NCBI GenBank assembly: GCA_964543615.1
Contig: CAZIZD010000002.1
Location: forward strand, 1-35,254
Reading direction: 5' to 3'
Length of the DNA stretch: 35,254 nucleotides
Source: an uncultured Alcaligenaceae bacterium
Lineage (GTDB): Bacteria; Pseudomonadota; Gammaproteobacteria; Burkholderiales; Casimicrobiaceae
A program made the position numbers and the translations under genes. Under the pieces are notes generated by a model. It did no database searches and was not told the DNA's origin. It worked only from the letters and a program-made list of their open reading frames with translations. The first letter of the stretch is position 1. Every line of letters starts with the position of its first letter. Below are positions 13,288 to 21,668 of this stretch, one piece after another.

Positions 13288-15711
13288 TCACTTGGCCGCG
13301 ATGCGCCCCTCCGGCGACGTGCGCGCGAGTAGCACTTCCACCGCACGCTTGAGCTCGGCGATTTCCGCCTGCTGCGCGTCGATCCTGCGCGCCTGCGTCT
13401 CGATCGTGTGCTGCTGCTTCTGGTACTCGTTGAGCAGCATCGGCGGGAGGTGCTGGTAGAGCACGGTCTCGATCTCGCCGTTGCTTCCCGTCGCCACCAG
13501 CCCCGGCGCCACCTCGGCCACCTCCTCAGCGATGAGCCCGTACTGCACAGGACCCGCGCCCTCGTGCGCCTTGTATCGGAACGAGACGGGATGCAGCTTC
13601 ATGAGCACCTCGCTCGCCGTCCCGATGTCCGCGATGTCGTCCTTCACCTCGCGTGACGAGCTCAGCGTGCCGAGCTGGCCGTTGCCGTCGATCACCACGT
13701 TGATCGCGTTGTTGGCGCCGGTGGTCACGCCACGAATCCCCGCGACGAATGCGCGGGAATGGTTATTGTCGCCGACGCGAATCGTATTTCCATCGCCGGA
13801 GACACCCTGGTTGCCGATGTGAATGTTCCAGTTTCCGGTGGTAACCGCGGATCCTGCGAGCTGGCCGATCGCGATGTTCTGGCCGCCGCCGGTATTCCCA
13901 GACAAGGCGTCGCGTCCGACGGCAGTGTTGTAGCCTCCGAAGGTCGTCGCGACCAGGGCATTGTGGCCGATCGCAGTGTTCCCGTCCCCGTTGACATTCG
14001 CAAGCAGCGAGCTGTTGCCCACCGCGGTGTTTGTCGAAGCGATGGTGTTGGAGTTGAGCGCGTTGCTCCCGAGTGCCGTATTGGCGATCCCGGTGGTATT
14101 CAACGCCAGTGCACCGCGGCCAATCCCCGTGTTATTGCTGCCGGTTGTATTGTTCGCCAACGCGACGTTCCCGAGCGCGGCGTTGTAAGAGCCTGTCGTG
14201 TTCTGCGCAAGCGCGACCGACCCTACCGCGGTATTCTCGTTACCCGTATTCGTCGTCAGCGCAACGAAGCCGACGGCCGTGTTGTTCTGCCCCGTCGTGT
14301 TCGAGTACAGAGCGCTGAACCCCACCCCTGTGTTGTTCACGCCCGTCGTGTTCTGCGCGAGCGACTCGCGTCCTACTGCAGTGGAGTTGTCGACCAGGTT
14401 ATTGGCCAGGGCGTTGACGCCAATTGCCGTGCTTCCCGACCCGACCACGTTGAACGTCATCGCGCCGGGACCGATGGCGATGTTGTAGCTTCCCGTGGTG
14501 TTGCTGCCCAGCGCGCCCGCTCCAAGTGCCGCATTGTTGCCACCGGTCGTGTTGCTCCCGAGCGCAAAGGTGCCCGTCGCGGTATTGGCGCCGCCTGTGG
14601 TGTTGAACCGCAGCGCGAACGCCCCGGTCGCGGTGTTGTTGAACGCCGTTGTGTTGCCATTGAGCGCAAACGCACCGGTCGCCGTGTTGGCAGCGCCTGT
14701 CGTGTTGACTTGCAGCGTGTAGGCGCCGACTGCGGTGTTGTTGTTGGCGGCGCCGTTGTTCTGCAAGGCGCGGAAGCCGAAGCCGGCGTTGCTGACTCCG
14801 GTCATCGCGAAGTTGCCGGCGTTCACGCCGGCGAAGACATTGCCATTCCCGAAGTTGTGGAAGAAAGCTCCGCCGGGTTTGGTGATGTTGCCCACCGACG
14901 CGGTCGAATCCTGCAGGTTGATGTTGCCGCTGAAGTTGCCCGGCGTCACGCATGCCCACGCACTTCCGGTCCAGCTTGGCACCTGACCGTTGCCGCATGC
15001 CGCCGTCGGCAGCAGCTGAGTCGCGGCAAGGTCGATCGTACCGCTGCCGGTGATCGGCCCGCCGGTGAGACCGGCGCCCGTCGCAACACTCGTCACCGTA
15101 CCGGCGCCCGTCGCATCGCTCGCGCACGTCCAGCCGCCGCTGCCGTTGCTCTTCGCCACCTGTCCGTTCGCGCAGCCCTGCGGTAGTTGATAACCGGTTG
15201 CGATCGACAGCGTTCCGCTCGTCGTGACCGGACCTCCGGCAAGTCCGGTGCCCGAGCCCACGCTCGTCACCGTCCCGCCGCCCACCGCGTTCGCGCACGC
15301 CCACGCGCTCCCGTTCCATTGCGGTATCTGTCCCGACGCGCATGCCGTCGTCGGCAGCAGCTGCGTCGCTGCGAGGTTGATCGTGCCCGTGCTCGTGATC
15401 GGCCCGCCCGTCAGCCCAGGTCCTGTCCCCACCGCCTCCACGCGGACGTTCCCCAGCCGGTTCATGAACGCCGCCATCGCGGCGCGCGACACGTTCGCGT
15501 TGGGGCAGTAGAGCCTGTGGTTCGCATCGATCACCTGGCACCCCAGCGTGATGCCGTTCTCGGCCATCCAGGTGATAAAGCCGCAGAAGGGATCGGAAGC
15601 GGCCACGTCGTCGAACACCCACGGCGACACTCCCGGGCAGAACTGCGCCCGCGCAGGTTGCGCGATGCCAAGGAGAACTGCGACGACACCCAACAGGATT
15701 GCCTTACGCAT
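13288..15711 (-). CDS. Secreted SLH-like / repeat-stack / peptidase S74 chaperone fibre protein, paralog A (807 aa)
   Basis: AAGGAG SD; signal peptide …PARA; SLH-like FDDV…GIT…YCP…VSRAAMAAFM; three ~58-aa Cys repeats; about 21 17-aa repeats; S74 motifs SSREVK…LHPVSFRYK…YGLIAEEV; C-terminal coiled coil. Confidence 0.85.
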   Translation of the reverse strand: MRKAILLGVVAVLLGIAQPARAQFCPGVSPWVFDDVAASDPFCGFITWMAENGITLGCQVIDANHRLYCPNANVSRAAMAAFMNRLGNVRVEAVGTGPGLTGGPITSTGTINLAATQLLPTTACASGQIPQWNGSAWACANAVGGGTVTSVGSGTGLAGGPVTTSGTLSIATGYQLPQGCANGQVAKSNGSGGWTCASDATGAGTVTSVATGAGLTGGPITGSGTIDLAATQLLPTAACGNGQVPSWTGSAWACVTPGNFSGNINLQDSTASVGNITKPGGAFFHNFGNGNVFAGVNAGNFAMTGVSNAGFGFRALQNNGAANNNTAVGAYTLQVNTTGAANTATGAFALNGNTTAFNNTATGAFALRFNTTGGANTATGTFALGSNTTGGNNAALGAGALGSNTTGSYNIAIGPGAMTFNVVGSGSTAIGVNALANNLVDNSTAVGRESLAQNTTGVNNTGVGFSALYSNTTGQNNTAVGFVALTTNTGNENTAVGSVALAQNTTGSYNAALGNVALANNTTGSNNTGIGRGALALNTTGIANTALGSNALNSNTIASTNTAVGNSSLLANVNGDGNTAIGHNALVATTFGGYNTAVGRDALSGNTGGGQNIAIGQLAGSAVTTGNWNIHIGNQGVSGDGNTIRVGDNNHSRAFVAGIRGVTTGANNAINVVIDGNGQLGTLSSSREVKDDIADIGTASEVLMKLHPVSFRYKAHEGAGPVQYGLIAEEVAEVAPGLVATGSNGEIETVLYQHLPPMLLNEYQKQQHTIETQARRIDAQQAEIAELKRAVEVLLARTSPEGRIAAK

Positions 15712-15739
15712 GATCACTCCTTTCGTTCTGGTTGACGTT

Positions 15740-18019
15740 CTACTTCGATGCCATACGCCCTTCCGGCGACGTGCGCGCGAGCAGCACCTCCACCGCACGC
15801 CTCAGCTCGGCGATCTCGGCGGCCTGCGCCGCGCGATCCTCTCTCAGCCCTGCAACCTCTGCCGCTAGGGCCGCTCGCTCGTTCTCGAACACGCCGATCC
15901 GCCGCGCCTGCGCCTCGATGATCCGCTGCTGCTTCTGGTACTCGTTGAGCAGCATCGGCGGGAGGTGCTGGTAGAGCACGGTCTCGATCTCGCCGTTGCT
16001 TCCCGTCGCTACGAGCCCAGGCGCCACTTCGGCCACTTCCTCCGCGATCAGCCCGTACTGCACGGGGCCGGCGCCCTCGTGCGCCTTGTAGCGGAACGAC
16101 ACGGGGTGCAGCCTCATGAGCACCTCGCTCGCCGTCCCGATGTCCGCGATGTCGCTCTTCACCTCGCGCGACGAGCTCAGCGTGCCCAGCTGGCCGTTGC
16201 TGTCGATCACCACGTTGATCGCGTTGTTGTTGCCGGTCGTGATGTTGCGAATGCCCGCGATGAACGTCCTGATCTGGTTGAACGGCGCGCCGATGCTGAT
16301 GGTCTGCGTCTCGCCGGCGTTGCCCGGATTCCCGATGTCGATGTTGAAGTTGCCGGTAGTCAGGTTGCTTCCCGCACCCTGGCCGATCGCGATGTTGTTG
16401 CTGCCGGACGTGTTGCTCGTGAGCGCGCCCGAACCGAGCGCGGTGTTGGAAGCCCCGCCGACGTTGTTAGTCAGGGCATCCATGCCGACCCCGGTGTTGG
16501 CGCTGGAGGTCGTTTGCCTGAGCGCGTAGGTGCCGACCGCCGTGTTGCCCGATGAGACCAGGTTGTCGGAAAGCGTCGAGGCGCCGACCGCGACATTGTC
16601 GTTGCCCGCCGTGTTACTGACGGCGGCTCCGGCGCCGACCGCGACATTGTTGACACCGAACGTATTCTGGTTGAGCGCCGAGTTGCCGAAGGCCGAGTTG
16701 GCCTCGCCGGAGGTGTTGACAGCGAGCGCGTAGGCGCCCACCGCCGTGTTGTTCGAGCCATCGACGTTTTCCTGCAGGACGCCTGCACCGACGGCCGTGT
16801 TGCCGCCCGCCGTGACGTTGGCCTCCAGTGCGAATGCACCGACCGCCGTGTTGTCGACGCCGGTCTGGTTGAGGGCGAGCGTGTTGACGCCGAGCGCCGT
16901 GTTCGAGTCGGCATTGTTGGTCCAGAGCGCGAAGGACCCGACGGCGGTGTTGTATGACCCCGACGTGTTGTTGGCGAGCGTCACGTATCCGACGGCGGTG
17001 TTCTGCGATCCCGCGTTGTTGAGGGGCAAGGCCATGCTGCCCACGGCGGTGTTCTGGAGACCGGTCGTGTTCGCGTGCAGCGCGGAGTAGCCAAGGCCCG
17101 TGTTGTTGCCGCCCGTCATCGCGAAGTTCCCCGCGATTACGCCGAGGAACGTTCCATTGGTGCCGAAGTTGTGCAGGAACGCGCCGCCGGGCTTGACGAT
17201 GTTGCCCACGCTTGCCGAGGTCGAATTCTGCAGCGAGATGTTGGCGCTCACCCCCGGCAGCGTGGCGCACGTCCACGACGAGCCGTTCCACTGCGGCACC
17301 TGGCCGTTGCCGCAGGCCACCGTCGGCAGGAGCTGGGTGGACGCGAGGTTGACCGTGCCGCTGATCGTGATCGGACCGCCAGTCAAACCCGCGCCCGTGG
17401 CGACGCTCGTCACCGTCCCGCCGCTGTTGGCGTCGGCGCCGCAGATCCATCCGGCCACGCCGATCTTCGGAACCTGACCCAGCGCGCACGATTGCGGAAG
17501 CTGGTAGGAGGGCGCGATCGAAAGCGTCCCACTCGTGGTGATCGGACCGCCGGTGAGTCCCGTTCCACTGCCGACGCTCGTCACGCCGCCGCCTCCCGCG
17601 ACGCTCGCACAGGTCCATGCGCTGCCGTTCCATTGCGGGACCTGGCCCGACGCGCACGGCGTCGTCGGCAGGAGCTGCGTCGTCGCGAGGTTGATCGTCC
17701 CCGTGCTCGTGATCGGTCCGCCGGTGAGTCCCGGCCCCGTCCCCACCGCTTCCACCCGGATGTTCCCGAGGCGGTTCATGAACGCCGCCATCGCGGCGCG
17801 CGAGACGTTCGCGTTCGGGCAGTAGAGGCGATGGTTCGCATCGATCACCTGGCAACCCAGCGTGATGCCGTTGTCGGCCATCCACGTGATGAAACCGCAG
17901 AAGGGATCGGACGCCGCCACATCGTCGAACACCCAGGGCGATACACCCGGGCAAAACTGGGCGCGTGCGGTTTGCGTAAATGAAAGCAGCAGGAAAGCTA
18001 CGAGCAGCAGCTTGCGCAC
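15740..18019 (-). CDS. Secreted SLH-like / repeat-stack / peptidase S74 chaperone fibre protein, paralog B (759 aa)
   Basis: Same architecture as paralog A with about 17 17-aa repeats. GTG start with a GAGGGAG SD. Confidence 0.85.
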   Translation of the reverse strand: MRKLLLVAFLLLSFTQTARAQFCPGVSPWVFDDVAASDPFCGFITWMADNGITLGCQVIDANHRLYCPNANVSRAAMAAFMNRLGNIRVEAVGTGPGLTGGPITSTGTINLATTQLLPTTPCASGQVPQWNGSAWTCASVAGGGGVTSVGSGTGLTGGPITTSGTLSIAPSYQLPQSCALGQVPKIGVAGWICGADANSGGTVTSVATGAGLTGGPITISGTVNLASTQLLPTVACGNGQVPQWNGSSWTCATLPGVSANISLQNSTSASVGNIVKPGGAFLHNFGTNGTFLGVIAGNFAMTGGNNTGLGYSALHANTTGLQNTAVGSMALPLNNAGSQNTAVGYVTLANNTSGSYNTAVGSFALWTNNADSNTALGVNTLALNQTGVDNTAVGAFALEANVTAGGNTAVGAGVLQENVDGSNNTAVGAYALAVNTSGEANSAFGNSALNQNTFGVNNVAVGAGAAVSNTAGNDNVAVGASTLSDNLVSSGNTAVGTYALRQTTSSANTGVGMDALTNNVGGASNTALGSGALTSNTSGSNNIAIGQGAGSNLTTGNFNIDIGNPGNAGETQTISIGAPFNQIRTFIAGIRNITTGNNNAINVVIDSNGQLGTLSSSREVKSDIADIGTASEVLMRLHPVSFRYKAHEGAGPVQYGLIAEEVAEVAPGLVATGSNGEIETVLYQHLPPMLLNEYQKQQRIIEAQARRIGVFENERAALAAEVAGLREDRAAQAAEIAELRRAVEVLLARTSPEGRMASK

Positions 18020-18173
18020 GGCGGACTCCCTCGGCTTTGGAATTTCTGTGGGATGCCACGGGACGCGTGTGCTTGCGACCCGGCACGTTTGCGCCAGGAA
18101 TGCTACGCCGGAAGATGGGCGGGTGCACGACCCGCGTGTGGGACGCCCGGCCGGCCGCCGGGTGACGTCGGCG

Positions 18174-19172
18174 TCAGTCTTCCGACGTCCCGAGCCGCAC
18201 GAGATACCCGCCCGACTTCTCGTCCCGCTCGAGCCCGAGCGCGCCGGTCTGCGCGGCCGCTTCTAGCATGGCGTTGAACGAACGGAAGCCGTAGTACGAC
18301 TCGTTGAAGCCCGGCTTGCGGCGCTTGAGCGTCTGCTTGACCATCGAGCCCCAGACCTTTTCCTCGGCGCCGCGCTCGTTGGTGAGCGCTTCCACGGTCC
18401 CGACGATGAGGTCGAGCGCTTCCTCCCGGCGCTCCTCTTCCGTCTTGCGCGGCGCCGCCTCGGTCGTCACGGGCGGCTCGGCGACCACATCCGCGGCGAC
18501 CGGAGCATCCATCGCGACGGCGTCATCCGTCGCTGCTTCGGGCACGTCCTTGGTGGTGCGCCTGCGCCTGGCCGACGCCTTCGCAGGCGCCTTGTCGGTC
18601 TGCTTGTCGGTCTGCTTGTCGGTCTGCTTGTCGGTCTGCTTGTCGGTCTGCTTGGCCGCCTGCTTGGCCGGACGTCGCGCGGCCTGCTTCTTCTTCTCGC
18701 GCACGAGGTCGTCGTAGAAGATGAATTCGTCGCAGTTGGTGACGAGGAGATCGGAAGTCGAGTTCTTGACGCCCACGCCGATCACTGTCTTGTCGTTCTC
18801 GCGCAGCTTCGACACGAGCGGCGAGAAGTCGGAGTCGCCGCTGATGATCACGAACGTGTCGACGTGCGTCTTGGTGTAGCAGAGGTCGAGCGCGTCGACC
18901 ACCATGCGGATGTCGGCGGAGTTCTTGCCCGACATGCGCACGTGCGGGATCTCGATGAGCTCGAACGACGCCTCGTGCATCGAGCCCTTGAACGCCTTGT
19001 AGCGCTCCCAGTCGCAGTACGCCTTCTTGACGACGATGCTCCCCTTGAGGAGCAGGCGCTCGAGCACCTTGGTGATGTCGAACTTCTCGTAATTGGCGTC
19101 GCGAACGCCGAGGGCGATGTTCTCGAAATCGCAGAACAGCGCCATGCTGGTGACGTCGGAGGGAGAGGGCAT
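18174..19172 (-). CDS. NYN-domain (LabA/DUF88, PIN-like) protein with C-terminal OST-HTH/LOTUS domain
   Basis: FCDFENI, GKNSADIRMVVDA and ISGDSDFSPL; C-terminal WGSMVKQTLKRRKPGFNESYYGFRSF. Confidence 0.9.
   Translation of the reverse strand: MPSPSDVTSMALFCDFENIALGVRDANYEKFDITKVLERLLLKGSIVVKKAYCDWERYKAFKGSMHEASFELIEIPHVRMSGKNSADIRMVVDALDLCYTKTHVDTFVIISGDSDFSPLVSKLRENDKTVIGVGVKNSTSDLLVTNCDEFIFYDDLVREKKKQAARRPAKQAAKQTDKQTDKQTDKQTDKQTDKAPAKASARRRRTTKDVPEAATDDAVAMDAPVAADVVAEPPVTTEAAPRKTEEERREEALDLIVGTVEALTNERGAEEKVWGSMVKQTLKRRKPGFNESYYGFRSFNAMLEAAAQTGALGLERDEKSGGYLVRLGTSED
18591..18650 (+). repeat. 12-bp tandem repeat x5 (CTTGTCGGTCTG) encoding (QTDK)5
   Basis: Five perfect copies followed by degenerate CTTGGCCGCCTG units, inside the NYN-LOTUS linker. 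Confidence 0.95.
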
Positions 19173-19175
19173 CCG

Positions 19176-20258
19176 CTATGTTCGCACGAAATCCCCGATC
19201 CGCACGGGGACGCGCTTCCTGCCGAAGCCCTGTGCATGTGCATCGTAGCGCCCGGCGATCGAGGTGCCGCACGCCGGACAGGATCCTCCGTCCGTCACGC
19301 GATAGCGCAGGATCTCGTGCCAGTCGCGCTCGATCAGCGCCTCGCCGCATCCGGGGCACGACGTGACGCCGCCCTCACGATCGTGCACGTTCCCCGTGTA
19401 GACGTAGCGCAGTCCCGCCCGCAACGCGATGTTGCGCGCCCGCGCGAGCGTCGCGGCGGGCGTATGCGCGAGATCGGTCATCTTGTAGTCGGGATGGAAG
19501 GCCGTGAAGTGCAGCGGCACGTCGCGCCCGAGCTCGCGGGCGATCCACGCGGTCATCGCCTCGAGCTCCTCGTCGGAATCGTTCCGGCCGGGAATGAGGA
19601 GAGTCGTGATCTCGGTCCAGACGTTCGTCTCGCGCACGAGGTATTGGAGCGTCTCCAGCACCGGCGCGAGGCGCGCGCCGCAGAGCTTCACGTAGAAATC
19701 GTCGGTGAAGCCCTTGAGGTCGACGTTGGCCGCGTCCATCTTCGCGAAGAACTCGGGTCGCGCCCCGCTGCCGATGTAGCCTGCGGTGACCGCCACGGTG
19801 GCAATGCCGAGCGCGCGGCACGCGTCCGCCGTATCCATCGCGTACTCGGCGAAGATCACGGGATCGTTGTACGTAAACGCGACGCTCCGGCAGCCGTGCG
19901 CCTTGGCCGCCCGCGCGATGCCCTCGGGCGACGCAGCGTCCATCAGCGTGTCCATCTCGCGCGACTTGCTGATGTCCCAGTTCTGGCAGAACTTGCACGC
20001 GAGGTTGCACCCCGCGGTGCCGAACGACAGCACGGACGAGCCCGGGTAGAAGTGGTTGAGCGGCTTCTTCTCGATGGGATCGATGCAGAAGCCCGACGAG
20101 CGCCCGTACGTCGTGAGCACGATGCCGTCGTTCTTGCGCTCGCGCACGAAGCACGCGCCGCGCTGGCCCTCGTGCAACCGGCAGTCGCGCGGGCACAGGT
20201 CGCACTGGATGCGGCCGTCGTCGAGCCGATGCCACCAGCGTCCGGGATGATCCATCAT
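19176..20258 (-). CDS. amrS: AmmeMemoRadiSam system radical SAM enzyme
   Basis: CDLCPRDC, IDPIEKKPLNHFYPG, radical SAM motif CNLACKFC, QNWDISK, FTYNDP and YVYTGNV. Confidence 0.93.
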   Translation of the reverse strand: MMDHPGRWWHRLDDGRIQCDLCPRDCRLHEGQRGACFVRERKNDGIVLTTYGRSSGFCIDPIEKKPLNHFYPGSSVLSFGTAGCNLACKFCQNWDISKSREMDTLMDAASPEGIARAAKAHGCRSVAFTYNDPVIFAEYAMDTADACRALGIATVAVTAGYIGSGARPEFFAKMDAANVDLKGFTDDFYVKLCGARLAPVLETLQYLVRETNVWTEITTLLIPGRNDSDEELEAMTAWIARELGRDVPLHFTAFHPDYKMTDLAHTPAATLARARNIALRAGLRYVYTGNVHDREGGVTSCPGCGEALIERDWHEILRYRVTDGGSCPACGTSIAGRYDAHAQGFGRKRVPVRIGDFVRT

Positions 20259-20809
20259 CGCGCGGCCTCCTCGAATTTGTCCACGCCGTAGCGCGAGACG
20301 CGCACGTCCTCGCTCCAGAAGTCCTCCGGCAATCCCGCCTTACGCTTCAGAGCGCGCATGAATTCGCGTGCATCGGGGATCTGCTCCCACACCTGCGGCA
20401 GGAACGTCGCGCGCCGCCGCGCGCATTCGAGCACCACGCCGTCGACGCCGGGGCGCAGTGCCGCCAGCAGCGCGGGCTCGTGCGGCACGCGGATCGGCTG
20501 GCTCGGATGCACCAGCGACACCTCGATGGCGATGCCGGGGAACTCGTGGCGCAGCAGAGGCGGAAAGCGCGGATCGCGAAATGCCGCGGCGATTGCGTTG
20601 GCGCGGACGTCCTCGGCGAGCGGCCGCCACGCCTCGAGCGTGCCGATGCATCCGCGCAGCCCGTCGTGCGAGCGCAACGTAACGAATGTCGCGCCCGGGC
20701 GGTCGAGCTCCCGCGGCGCGGGGACGATCGCAGGCGCGGCATCGAGCTCGACCTCGATGGCGTTGCGCGCGAGGGCGATGAGCGTGGGCCCGAGATCGAC
20801 GGAGGTCAT
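20255..20809 (-). CDS. amrA: AmmeMemoRadiSam system protein A (AMMECR1 family)
   Basis: ATFVTL, LRGCIGT, AAFRDPRFPP and ATFLPQVWEQ. Four-nt overlaps with both neighbours. Confidence 0.93.
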   Translation of the reverse strand: MTSVDLGPTLIALARNAIEVELDAAPAIVPAPRELDRPGATFVTLRSHDGLRGCIGTLEAWRPLAEDVRANAIAAAFRDPRFPPLLRHEFPGIAIEVSLVHPSQPIRVPHEPALLAALRPGVDGVVLECARRRATFLPQVWEQIPDAREFMRALKRKAGLPEDFWSEDVRVSRYGVDKFEEAAR

Positions 20810-21597
20810 GGCCGCGCGAACGCGAAAGAGGCGTAACCCACCACGCGCGAGCGGTCGCCCGCGGTATCGCCGGAGTTGCGCAGATCGAGCAGCCGGGGCA
20901 CGAGCCCGCGCCTGCGCGCGCACAGGAGCAGCGCGTTGACCGGCGTGGCGCCGCACGCCTGCTCGTGATCGAGCGTGGGCGCGAGCGCGAGGATCGCGTC
21001 GGCACTGGCGCGGTCGATGCGCCGCGCATCCGCGTAGGCGTGGTAGTGCGACAGGTCCGAACTCACGACGATGAGCGTCTCGGGACCGCCCCACAGGGCA
21101 TCGACAACCTCGGCGACTTCTTCCGGCGTTGCGCGTCCCACGGCAAACGGCACCAGCGAGAAGCGCCGCAGAACGGTCTGCAGGAACGGCAGCTGCACTT
21201 CGAGCGCGTGCTCCTGCGCGTGGACCGCGTCGCTCGCGACCACGTGCGGCAGCGCGAGCGCCCGCGCGATCGCGTCGCGGTCGATGGGCACCTCGCCAAG
21301 CGGTGTGGCGAAGGCCGCAGCCGTGGTGGTGGCAAGCCCGCGCACCCCGACACGATGCGCAGGTCCCAGCAGCACGACCCGCTCGATCCTGTCCCGCAGG
21401 GGCGCCAGGGCCGCATAGGCGGGCGCCGCTACCGGACCCGAGTAGACGTAACCCGCGTGGGGAACGACGATCGCCTTCGGCGGCGCGGCTTCGCAGGGAC
21501 GCGCATCGGCGATGAGCGACCTCACCTCAGCTGCGAGAAGATCGCGCATCCCGGGATAGAACATGCCGGCCACGGCAGGCGGCCGTACGCGGGGCAT
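20806..21597 (-). CDS. amrB: AmmeMemoRadiSam system protein B (MEMO1 family)
   Basis: VRPPAVAGMFYP, PHAGYVYSG, EHALEVQLPFLQ, SSDLSHY, ACG and VVGYAS. Confidence 0.93.
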   Translation of the reverse strand: MPRVRPPAVAGMFYPGMRDLLAAEVRSLIADARPCEAAPPKAIVVPHAGYVYSGPVAAPAYAALAPLRDRIERVVLLGPAHRVGVRGLATTTAAAFATPLGEVPIDRDAIARALALPHVVASDAVHAQEHALEVQLPFLQTVLRRFSLVPFAVGRATPEEVAEVVDALWGGPETLIVVSSDLSHYHAYADARRIDRASADAILALAPTLDHEQACGATPVNALLLCARRRGLVPRLLDLRNSGDTAGDRSRVVGYASFAFARP

Positions 21598-21668
21598 CGC
21601 ATTTCCGGAATGGGTGAAGTCGCGTTCCATCATAATGATTGGACCATGCCCGCATCCCTTCGTTCGCC

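Noticed and set aside
13288-18019. Prophage tail-fibre remnant or classical trimeric autotransporter
   Set aside because: Both genes have Sec signal peptides and intact frames with no phage neighbours, and neither has a C-terminal YadA beta-barrel anchor.
13288-18019. Diversity-generating retroelement or invertase shufflon acting on the paralogs
   Set aside because: There is no reverse transcriptase or recombinase in the window. Both copies are complete genes in direct orientation, and the differences are not adenine-specific.
18040-18100. Possible c-di-GMP-I riboswitch upstream of fibre gene B (minus strand GGCGCAAAC…GGGTCGCAAG)
   Set aside because: The resemblance is only superficial. The GNRA-capped P2 stem and the P3 receptor are missing. 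An Infernal search with RF01051 would settle it.
18591-18650. CRISPR array
   Set aside because: The 12-bp units are contiguous with no spacers, lie in frame inside a CDS, and have no cas genes nearby.
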